Origin: Candidatus Obscuribacterales bacterium
Lineage (GTDB): Bacteria; Cyanobacteriota; Vampirovibrionia; Obscuribacterales; Obscuribacteraceae
Length of the DNA: 64,000 nucleotides
Direction: 5' to 3'
NCBI GenBank assembly: GCA_965228855.1
Contig: CBDDIJ010000003.1
Location: 2,528,001-2,592,000 of the forward strand
Position 1 is the stretch's first letter; each line of letters starts with the position of its first letter. Both the position numbers and the translations under genes were made by a program. Below the pieces are notes generated by a model that saw only the letters and a list, made by a program, of their open reading frames with translations, ran no database searches and was not told the origin of the DNA. Shown here in pieces: positions 29,101 through 36,657 of this stretch.

Positions 29101-29374
29101 AGCCGGTTAAGGCATCCTCAGACAGGTACATACGCTTGGGCGGCTTGCTCGGATCCTGGTCTTGTTGAGGCTGTTGACTCTGTTGATTCTTTTCGCGCTC
29201 GATGTCCCAAGACCGCAAGACACCATCGATGCGCACGAAGGTTAGGTCAGGGAGCGGCCAACTGTGCAACTGGGCTCCGTCGAACGGTGTGACCTCGAGG
29301 TCATCAAGGTCATAGCGCCTGAGGTCGGCGATTTTCTCTTCCCAAATGTTGCGGTCTCTAGATGTACTCACCAA
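26174..29374 (-). CDS. HerA/FtsK-superfamily (DUF87-type) ATPase with N-terminal extension and Cys-rich C-terminal domain
   Basis: Walker A GVTGGGKT (~28110-28133), Walker B VMLIEEAHRLL, family motif LAEIRSYGQGFIIADQIPNKL...KNTNLKVMHRI; C-terminal CRFCLHRC and CGPCTSKC. TTG/GTG start. Confidence 0.88.
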   Translation of the reverse strand: MVSTSRDRNIWEEKIADLRRYDLDDLEVTPFDGAQLHSWPLPDLTFVRIDGVLRSWDIEREKNQQSQQPQQDQDPSKPPKRMYLSEDALTGLHSQKANLSFVVLGNKTGVNYYMGVSLPADSTGNGDSSANMVAYTSLRSIMHSVYNGVDIHNEPFTTEQMKRMVDPLAVHTGLVTGIPALKSTAGDTMESEQIERLATGLQGHDFGFLVLAIPIPNQKVNREEMTVVDQIQRAQENEDPEKKRRIKYYLELQDAYLKHVQLGIAVGHWLTAVYFFAPDRSVFVRLQSLIRATYVDETSRPTPLRTHEIKGLQPHVQSFGLLRNKRNDEIFQDLLEYKFLTPLNSRMLSAFVHLPKREMPGFRIRRSAEFSLAPVPPKDPTRTIAIGNILDRGMDTGNLYYIDVDAMQKHTIVCGVTGGGKTNTCFYLLGQLWNYKIPFMVIEPAKSEYRHMMLMSEQFKGIGQAFSLGDETVSPFRLNPFEIMRGVKVQTHLDALKSVFNASFEMYSPMPQVLEKALNEIYNVRGWDLVNNKNRRLPPGIDPGDPDCPPEIYPTMKDLFEIIDPVVESFGYSERIGPDVQAALKARIGSLLIGGKGQMLNTRRSIPAEALFKRPTVIELKMVSEDSEKSFLMGMLLVFLYEYREAGGPHDDLKHVMLIEEAHRLLKNVPTGQSGESANPAGKAVEFFTNMLAEIRSYGQGFIIADQIPNKLAPEALKNTNLKVMHRIVAVDDRDSMGGAMNLDDIQKRHVTALGQGRAIVYAEKMEQPFHLAIMFDKTKEVPPPRTPEESDEVVRQAMKPLDIVGKFDRHLGCRFCLHRCDSTILDTAVPVADDTLFRQVYNRYLLSTLKDLTQLVHFRAQIIHEIQRVIGGRARTGNITGITWCVLTQATERYFERKGEENYWFYDQVREQHMRWLNLLRPAFQPTEVNRKLDINVLRQWRDDFIELHKRDQGPLPTCGPCTSKCLYRFEVSEVVRDPKIKFDFNSSINRKDTPASDSAAWFCRLLTERLVSQGDVDLAYCLAAHLIKDQQLSTDAQLVLLHKVRTALENFQKESEEGGGEQQG

Positions 29375-29544
29375 TCAAGGAATCCTGTAGACGACGTTCT
29401 GTGTAATGACTTCTTGTACTAATTGAATTACTGATCTAACTATACACGTGACTCATCTAAAACTCTGCTCCTGTCAGTAAATATGCCCCTTTGCCCTTCG
29501 CAGATCCGAAGATTACCGAGCGGCGACTGATAATTGTTCGCATC

Positions 29545-31515
29545 TCAGCCACCGCCACCGGGAGTGGCGAACCCGCCTTGGGTCGGCATGCCCTGCGGCA
29601 TAGCTCCTTGCGGTGGATAGCCTTGCTGTTGCGGATAACCTTGCTGCGGATAACCTTGTTGGGGGGCGACCTGCTGTTGTGGGTAGCCCTGCTGAGGGAA
29701 GCCTGGCTGTCCCTGCGGATTCTGCTGACCAGACATCCCGGGCGGCTGCGAGCCTTGCAGTCCCGTCGCACCCGGTTGGGCCATCAATTGATTCGGCAAG
29801 CCGGCTCGCCATGTCCCTTTCAGTCGCTCCTCATCTGTTTTTCTCCAGGAATAACTACCTGAGGCAAAGGAGCCATCCTGATTCTGCCCGATCGTTCCGC
29901 TAAAAAGAATCGGCCATATGTAGCCGACTGAGTCGTACTGCTTCTGCAGCGATATTATGTTTCCTTTGGAAACTTCGCCGGTAAGCGTGAAATCACCTAC
30001 ATTGTCGCGCCCCTTACCACTTATGCTTTTGCCGGATTGCCTGATCTCTACTCCAAAACTCTGAAAAGGTTGCCCACCTTCAGAATCAGTTAGAAGGACC
30101 ATCCATTGAGATGGCAATGCAGCACCATTAGCAGTGGCACCTCCCATTAACTGCCCACCACTGAGTTCACCAAGTTTGGTGTACACCACAAAGCCGATCA
30201 CAGCTAAAACACCAACGACGCCAACCATGGCGGCAACCATTGCCAGTGGATTTTTCTTAGGTTTAGGTCGCGCGGCAGCCTTTGCCTCTGCCCTCATCTT
30301 GCCAATATCAATCTCCTGTTCCAGAGGTGCTCGTTTGGGATTAAACACACTTCGCTCTCTCGGCTTCTCGATCAGCAGGGCATCACCTGCGGTATCATCA
30401 TCTTCAGCCTCGTTAGAGACAGATGGTCCTTGAATGAACTTCGATCGAAACTCATCGCGTCCTTCCGGCGTTTCGAAACCTATGACGCCGCTGCTTTGCA
30501 GCGCGCCTTGCATGCGCAGTGCCGCGATTCTGCTAAGTCCCTCTTCAAAGGATAATCTGCTGTCGATGTTTAAAGAAGATTCGTTGTGCTGATCACTATC
30601 ATCGCCGTCATTGTTCGCATCATGAAATGACAGAGCGTTGGCTGAAAGCGAGACCGCGCTTAAAGGCAATTCTTGCACAAAGACAATATTGAAATCACTT
30701 GAGGCGGGAAGCAAACCAAATACGGGCACACCGGCAGCTGCCTCCTGAGCTTGTGTGAGACATATCGTCTGACCATCGTTTTCCTGGACAACCAGCAATA
30801 GCGAGTCGGCAAGCATGAATGATGGATAAGCTGTACGAACGATCTTCGATGTCTTGCCAGTCGCATCCGAGGACTCTGATTTAGCAACTGCTCCTCTAAA
30901 CGACGCGGGTTCCACATCCTGTAATGAACTATCCGAAGCGGGTGCAATTACTTGCTCCGACGAATTTCGCTGTATCTCGGCAGACGAAGAAACAACCGCA
31001 TCCGCGCCGATTTGAGCAACTGTGCTCTCGGAAGAAGAAGAAGAAGAAGAAACAAGTTCGCGGGCAGAAGGCTCAGAGGTACGAATCGCAGCTCTGAAAA
31101 AATCGTTCTTCTCATCACCTTTTGCTGGTTGCGGTGGTCCGAAGTCAGCAAACATGCCCTCGGCCAGAAGCGTTTGGCTCATAGGCTTACTTTCATCAGC
31201 ACGCTGAACATCCCCGGGGTCCTGGAGAAAAGCACGACTTCCGTGAAACTGCCTCGGTTTTGGAGTCAGGGCGTCTTTGAATTTACACCTGGTAACAACC
31301 CGCTCCATTACCAAAGGATCGTTCTCCGGACGCAGATGCTGGGGGCTCGAAGCAGGCGCACGTTGAATAACCAGGTTGGGCATTACGGTCGGAGAGTACC
31401 GCGACATTACGCTGCCGCAGTCACGACAATTTTTCACTCGCTGCCTGAGGACGACGCCGCAATGCTGGCAAATCAACAGGCCTGCGTTCGCGTCCTGCGT
31501 CCACTTATTGTTCAT
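29545..31515 (-). CDS. Zinc ribbon / disordered linker / single TM / extracytoplasmic beta-domain protein with QQGYP-rich tail (656 aa)
   Basis: N-terminal CQHC...CRDC; TM LAMVAAMVGVVGVLAVIGFVVY; beta-strand domain; its ATG overlaps the upstream stop (TAATG). Confidence 0.85.
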   Translation of the reverse strand: MNNKWTQDANAGLLICQHCGVVLRQRVKNCRDCGSVMSRYSPTVMPNLVIQRAPASSPQHLRPENDPLVMERVVTRCKFKDALTPKPRQFHGSRAFLQDPGDVQRADESKPMSQTLLAEGMFADFGPPQPAKGDEKNDFFRAAIRTSEPSARELVSSSSSSSESTVAQIGADAVVSSSAEIQRNSSEQVIAPASDSSLQDVEPASFRGAVAKSESSDATGKTSKIVRTAYPSFMLADSLLLVVQENDGQTICLTQAQEAAAGVPVFGLLPASSDFNIVFVQELPLSAVSLSANALSFHDANNDGDDSDQHNESSLNIDSRLSFEEGLSRIAALRMQGALQSSGVIGFETPEGRDEFRSKFIQGPSVSNEAEDDDTAGDALLIEKPRERSVFNPKRAPLEQEIDIGKMRAEAKAAARPKPKKNPLAMVAAMVGVVGVLAVIGFVVYTKLGELSGGQLMGGATANGAALPSQWMVLLTDSEGGQPFQSFGVEIRQSGKSISGKGRDNVGDFTLTGEVSKGNIISLQKQYDSVGYIWPILFSGTIGQNQDGSFASGSYSWRKTDEERLKGTWRAGLPNQLMAQPGATGLQGSQPPGMSGQQNPQGQPGFPQQGYPQQQVAPQQGYPQQGYPQQQGYPPQGAMPQGMPTQGGFATPGGGG

Positions 31516-34500
31516 TAGCTGGCCTTGTCGCTATCGCTGTCTCTATCCTTGCTCTTCTTGCTCTTCTTCTTATCGCCGAAACTATCAGTGATGGCGTGCA
31601 TTTTCTCAACCAACTTGCGATTGATCTTCTTCTCCGAGATGTCTTTGAAGTCAGGCGCCCTCATCTTAAAGACACCAGCTACGGTACCAACTCTGTAACA
31701 GAAATACGTCTGAATTTCTTGACCGACGATTCTGTCGATATTCAGCTTTTCTTCGTCCATAATCAACTCGAACTGTGGCGAAGTGTTGACCTGGTTAAAG
31801 AAGTTCTGAATCGTCTGGTGTTTGATCTTTCGTCCATCCACACGGAACATCTGCGGACCAAGCATATCGCCGTCCTTCTTAGAAAGTGCGAAGACAGCCA
31901 TGGTGCCCATATTGATCGTCAGTTGGTTTCTGTAGTCCTCGGGAAGGTGTTGCAGAGTTTTGATACTGCCGACGAAACCAATCTGGTACCGACGAGTTTC
32001 CGAAGTAATCGTTTCGATTGTCTCCTTCTCGATGAAGCTGTCCATTTCATCGAGATAGAGAGAAACTGGACGATCGTCGTTATTCGACTTCGACAAGTTC
32101 ATAGCCGCTTGCTGAATTCCAGTCACAATCAAGCTTCCCAACAGGTTGGCGTTCTGGTCCAACTCGCCTTGTGGAACTTTTACAATCAGAATCTTTTTCT
32201 GCTTGATGATGTCTTTCAATTTAAGGTCACTGACCGGCTTCGTAAGAATCGGCCGAATACGTCCATCCGAAAGCATCGGTCCAACTCTGTTCAAAATCGG
32301 CTCAACCCAGTTGATCCACTGATCCGTTCTAGCCAGCTTCTTGTACTGGTTCCAAGTTTCCAGAATGGTAATGTACTCGGTCTTGTCGTGTTTTTTACGC
32401 TCAACAGCTTCCAACATGATGTCGCGGAAATCGTTGTCCTGCAGGAGGTTTGGCAGGTCGGTCAAGGTTCGTCCATTGGCCATCAACAGCAAGGCCGCGT
32501 TTCTCAAAATGTTGGCAGTTTGGGCGTTCCACTGACTCTGAGCCCCTGGAGGCTCGGTGTAAATTGCTTTAAAACCGTGAACGATTGCCGACGATGCCGC
32601 TTGCAGGTCGCCATCATCCGGCATCTCGAGAGGGTTGTACGCTAATGAACCGGCTTTGTACGTCGGGTCTACGAGTACCACGCGCTTAGCGTATTTCGAA
32701 CCTTCAGGCTGCGAAGCGATCCACTCAATGATCAAATCACACAGCTGTCCGTCGGAATCGATCAAAACAACTGCTCGATCTTCAGACTTGATGTCATGCG
32801 TGATCATTGATGCCATCAGCCGCGTCTTACCCTTGTCACCGCCGCCGATGCACAATATATGTGGGTTGGCCCTGCGAATATCAGGAGGAAGATTCAAGAA
32901 TTTAGGTGTCCAGAATGACCACCAGCCCCACTCCATGCGCGTCCCGAACGGAGTGCCGCCTGGTGTGAGAGCCTTACCGTACTCACGAACCATTTTCATA
33001 TGATCAGGTCTGAACTGCGACGGAATGTATTTTTGTTTCTCCCAAACGTTCATCCAGCCCGAAGGGCCGAAGAGCTTGAGGAAGAACAAGAATATGAATA
33101 CACCCAGCGCTACCAAACCGAGCGCGATGGTTAGGAACATCTGCTGGAGGTTGCCAGGTCCAGGTTTTCCGGTTGTCGCGGGAGTAGGTACGTTGACCAG
33201 ACCAGGCTTGGGCAGACTCATATTAGGCAATGCAAACGCACCTGCTTGAGGATTGTTGGCAGCAACCATCGTCTGCGATGCGCGCCACTTGCCTCGAATA
33301 GGTATGACTTTCGACGGCTTCAATGTGCTGAATGAAGAGCCGACGCGCTTCTGAGTTTGATAGGCTCCGACGGCTTGAAGCTGAGCGCCGTTAGGTATCA
33401 ACTTTCCTTGAAAGACTATGTACTCATTGTGAGCGTTGTATTTATGCCGCGACTCCTGATCGTATCTCATGTTGAACATGATGACGTCCGGTGCTTGCAG
33501 TTGCCCCTGTATCTCGAACACACCAGACGAGTCCTTGCCCTGACCGGCAAAATTGACGCCGCCCTGGTTCAAATTCATTTGTCCGGTCAGGATCTTCGCT
33601 CCGACCTGACTTTCAATTGTCCAGTTGCCACCAACGACTGGAATTCCATTGGTGAACTCCGCCGCAGGCGCCTGTTGTCCCTGACCAGGCATCCCCTGAC
33701 CTGGCATCGTCTGTCCGGGTTGACCCTGTCCGGGCATACCTTGCATGCCCCCCTGCCCAGGCATTCCACCGGCAGCCGACATCGCACCCTGACCGGCGAG
33801 ACCACCGAAAGCCCCAGCTCCCTGTCCCAATCCGGAGCCAGCTCCAGAACGGCCACCGCCCAGACCTCCCAGACCACCGAGGGCTCCCATGCCACCACCT
33901 GTGGGGGCTTGGGCAGTCTGCTGTTGTGCTGCGCTACCGTTCGCCATGTTGACGAAACTCATCACCCAGCCCGGGATCTGAATGGCAATAAAGAGCCCGA
34001 CTGCACATAGCACGCCGGCCGTTTTTCTTGAAACATTCAATCCTATGAATTTGACATCTTCTTCCAGCCAGCCGAGTGCGCCACCAGGTGCTCCGCTGGA
34101 AGCGTCATCTTCGTCTTCGTCGTCATCGGAAACCTTTCCTTTTTTGACTGCTTTCGTTATTGTCTTTGCTCTAGACTTAGGAGCAGTCTCATCACCACTG
34201 AAGTTCCGACGCTTCGGCGGTTTGTATTTCGGCTTATCATCATCGTCATCATCATCTTCTTCATCGGAAAGCTTGTCTTCGATGTCGCTCGAGGATGAAA
34301 CATTCGCATCATCGTCGCTGACCTTCAAGCGCGTCTTTGTCTGAGTCTGGGTCAAGCTCTTAGGCATGGCTACCTTAGGACGATCTTGGGCAGTTGAGTC
34401 TACCGCAGAATCAGGAGTCTGCTGCTGAGTGACGGAGGACGCCAGATCGGAACTGGTATCAGCGGAGACGGCCGGAGAACTGACATTTGGTTTATCGGAA

Positions 34501-36026
34501 TCATCGGAGAATGACTGTTTTCGGGCAGCAGCGCTGGCCGGGCTGGAAAAGAAATCAAAACCGTTATCGTCATCGCCGAAGAAACTCGAGGACTCCGCGC
34601 GCTTCATCTCCGGTTCCGGCGATGACACCGCGGGCGGTTCCGCTGCCGGCGCTGCGGCAATCGGAGCGACCGGCGCTGGCGGAGCGGCAGGAACCATTAG
34701 TGTTTCTGCACTTGGGGTGGCTGAGCGTGCGGAAAAACTTTCCAATGACGTGCTCGCCGTATCAGGTATATTGGTTTCAGCAGTGACATCCGACTCAATC
34801 GGATTTCGCTCCGGTTCTGCTTTGGTCTGAGGACCAAAGAAATCTTCGAGTTCAGATTTACTGCCGGCTTCAAAAAAGTCGTCCTGAGAATCTCGTGCGG
34901 CACCAGGCTCGGTACCAGGTGCGAAATTGTCCGCAAATGAACTTGTTTCGGAAGATGGCTCAGCCAGCGGACTCTCGGTGGCGGGCGAAACAGATTCAAG
35001 AGCAACCGACTCGCGAACCGGTGCTGTCGACTGGGTCGGCTCCACAGATTGAGAATCGCTCGGCGCCTGCGTAGCCTCAGCCCGTTTGTTCAACATCTGA
35101 TTGGCAACTGCTCCCACACCGATTCCGGCGCCAATGGCGATAGAAATTGCGGCTCCTGGGTGTGCCCCAAAGCCAGCCAGGTGCATGCTGGGATTTGTTG
35201 TAATCGAGGAGGATTGCGGTTGAGCCGCAGTCTCAGGTTGAACGTCTTGCGCCTCGAGATCTCGAGCAGCGGTTATCTCTGATGCGAGGGTCGGGAAATC
35301 AGTCGAGCTATCTTCCAGAGACATTTCGCCGAGCGCTTCAACCGCTTTGTTTTTCGGCTGCGCCGGCGGTTCAGGCTCTTCAATGAGCTCCACAGATTCG
35401 CGAGCATTTTTTAAGTAGTAATCGTTGGGACTTCCAGGACTGTAGAACCCGCTACCCGAGCTGGGAGCAGCGGGCTGTGCCTGCGGCTGAGGATCGGAAT
35501 TCCAGAATTCACCGGACGGCGCACTTGAAGAATTTTGCGCTCCAGGATCGACAAAGCGCCCCTCGGCAGGCGTCATCTGAGAGCCAGAGTTGCTCCAGCC
35601 GAAACCGTTAGGATCCTGAGCCGGGTCTGCGTACTGAAGAGTGGCGTACTGACTGCTGCCGCCGTTGCCTCCATATCCATCGTGCCCATTGCCGCCATAA
35701 CCGCCGTTGCCACCATTACCACTACCACCGTTACCCCCGTAGGCAGCATAGCCGGTTGTCGGAGAGTAGTCTTCTCCTCCGTCGTCGTACATCGGTGTGG
35801 ATGACACTTGCGGTCTCAGGGTCATGACACTGACCTGACGCTCAGTGACGACTCTCTCCAGCAGAAGATGGTCCTGGCTGTATCGCACGGCCAAAGGCGG
35901 ACGCTCAACCGGAAAGTTGGGCATCGCAGTCGGTGAGTTCAATGCCAGCTGTATGCCGCATCCGGAGCAATGCTTCCCCTTTGTCCGAATAACTACCCCA
36001 CAACTCTGGCAAATAAGAAGTTTCAA
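31515..36026 (-). CDS. Type IV coupling protein-like ATPase (VirD4/TraG/TrwB family) with zinc ribbon, long acidic linker, two TMs and a periplasmic beta-domain (1503 aa)
   Basis: HILCIGGGDKGKT Walker A, VVLIDSDG, YNPLE, LYLDE Walker B, ANLLGSLIVT, SETRRY; TMs GVLCAVGLFIAIQIPGWV and MFLTIALGLVALGVFIFLFFL; N-terminal CQSC...CSGC. TTG start. Confidence 0.85.
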   Translation of the reverse strand: MKLLICQSCGVVIRTKGKHCSGCGIQLALNSPTAMPNFPVERPPLAVRYSQDHLLLERVVTERQVSVMTLRPQVSSTPMYDDGGEDYSPTTGYAAYGGNGGSGNGGNGGYGGNGHDGYGGNGGSSQYATLQYADPAQDPNGFGWSNSGSQMTPAEGRFVDPGAQNSSSAPSGEFWNSDPQPQAQPAAPSSGSGFYSPGSPNDYYLKNARESVELIEEPEPPAQPKNKAVEALGEMSLEDSSTDFPTLASEITAARDLEAQDVQPETAAQPQSSSITTNPSMHLAGFGAHPGAAISIAIGAGIGVGAVANQMLNKRAEATQAPSDSQSVEPTQSTAPVRESVALESVSPATESPLAEPSSETSSFADNFAPGTEPGAARDSQDDFFEAGSKSELEDFFGPQTKAEPERNPIESDVTAETNIPDTASTSLESFSARSATPSAETLMVPAAPPAPVAPIAAAPAAEPPAVSSPEPEMKRAESSSFFGDDDNGFDFFSSPASAAARKQSFSDDSDKPNVSSPAVSADTSSDLASSVTQQQTPDSAVDSTAQDRPKVAMPKSLTQTQTKTRLKVSDDDANVSSSSDIEDKLSDEEDDDDDDDKPKYKPPKRRNFSGDETAPKSRAKTITKAVKKGKVSDDDEDEDDASSGAPGGALGWLEEDVKFIGLNVSRKTAGVLCAVGLFIAIQIPGWVMSFVNMANGSAAQQQTAQAPTGGGMGALGGLGGLGGGRSGAGSGLGQGAGAFGGLAGQGAMSAAGGMPGQGGMQGMPGQGQPGQTMPGQGMPGQGQQAPAAEFTNGIPVVGGNWTIESQVGAKILTGQMNLNQGGVNFAGQGKDSSGVFEIQGQLQAPDVIMFNMRYDQESRHKYNAHNEYIVFQGKLIPNGAQLQAVGAYQTQKRVGSSFSTLKPSKVIPIRGKWRASQTMVAANNPQAGAFALPNMSLPKPGLVNVPTPATTGKPGPGNLQQMFLTIALGLVALGVFIFLFFLKLFGPSGWMNVWEKQKYIPSQFRPDHMKMVREYGKALTPGGTPFGTRMEWGWWSFWTPKFLNLPPDIRRANPHILCIGGGDKGKTRLMASMITHDIKSEDRAVVLIDSDGQLCDLIIEWIASQPEGSKYAKRVVLVDPTYKAGSLAYNPLEMPDDGDLQAASSAIVHGFKAIYTEPPGAQSQWNAQTANILRNAALLLMANGRTLTDLPNLLQDNDFRDIMLEAVERKKHDKTEYITILETWNQYKKLARTDQWINWVEPILNRVGPMLSDGRIRPILTKPVSDLKLKDIIKQKKILIVKVPQGELDQNANLLGSLIVTGIQQAAMNLSKSNNDDRPVSLYLDEMDSFIEKETIETITSETRRYQIGFVGSIKTLQHLPEDYRNQLTINMGTMAVFALSKKDGDMLGPQMFRVDGRKIKHQTIQNFFNQVNTSPQFELIMDEEKLNIDRIVGQEIQTYFCYRVGTVAGVFKMRAPDFKDISEKKINRKLVEKMHAITDSFGDKKKSKKSKDRDSDSDKAS

Positions 36027-36657
36027 GGTAACGCTCCAATAGAATCTAAGAATTACTTACCCGGCTTTGGCGTTTCCCGCACAGCCCAGCGGCTGATTAA
36101 AAACACGGTTCGGAACAAAAGCCGTTCAACTAGCTTGAGAAACTCTGGGTTGTTAGTAAGTGTCGAACTGCCGAACGGACAAGCGATCTGGCTACTCAAG
36201 CTGCATACTAACCTCAGCAAATCCACTTGTCAAGCGGATCTATTACTAATCATCGCTCTTTTTAGGCAGTTTGTCTCGAAAAGATTAGGCAGATAAATCG
36301 GACATTCTCACGAAAACGAACCTCGAATTCGTTTTTCATTTATAAGAGTAGAACTAACAGCTTTCTACTGTTTACTGGGGTCCAGACAGTCATCAACAGT
36401 GCGAGTCGCGGCAAATAAATACCTCACCCAAAATTGAATTGAAGACATCCGCTAATCAAGGCATTAAACTAGGGACAGGCAGGAATTTGCCTGGGAGTTC
36501 ATCCTGACTACCTGCGCGTTTGCTTAAACAAACGAGATTGACGGAGAGCGAGCGCAGAGTTACCAGCGATTGCGGGTACAAGTAAATAAGGTGTATCCGA
36601 ATGTCAGATCACGGGGGCGACTGACACTCGGTGTAAGGATCTGGAGAAGGCAACCAA

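Noticed and set aside
29440..29547. Possible selenocysteine read-through of the TGA stop of the 656-aa gene, given selA nearby
   Set aside because: The TGA follows a GGGG low-complexity tail with no redox motif, and I see no convincing SECIS.
26174..36026. Integrative conjugative element or HerA-NurA/Sir2-HerA defence system
   Set aside because: No relaxase, integrase, VirB structural genes, att repeats, nuclease or sirtuin in the window.
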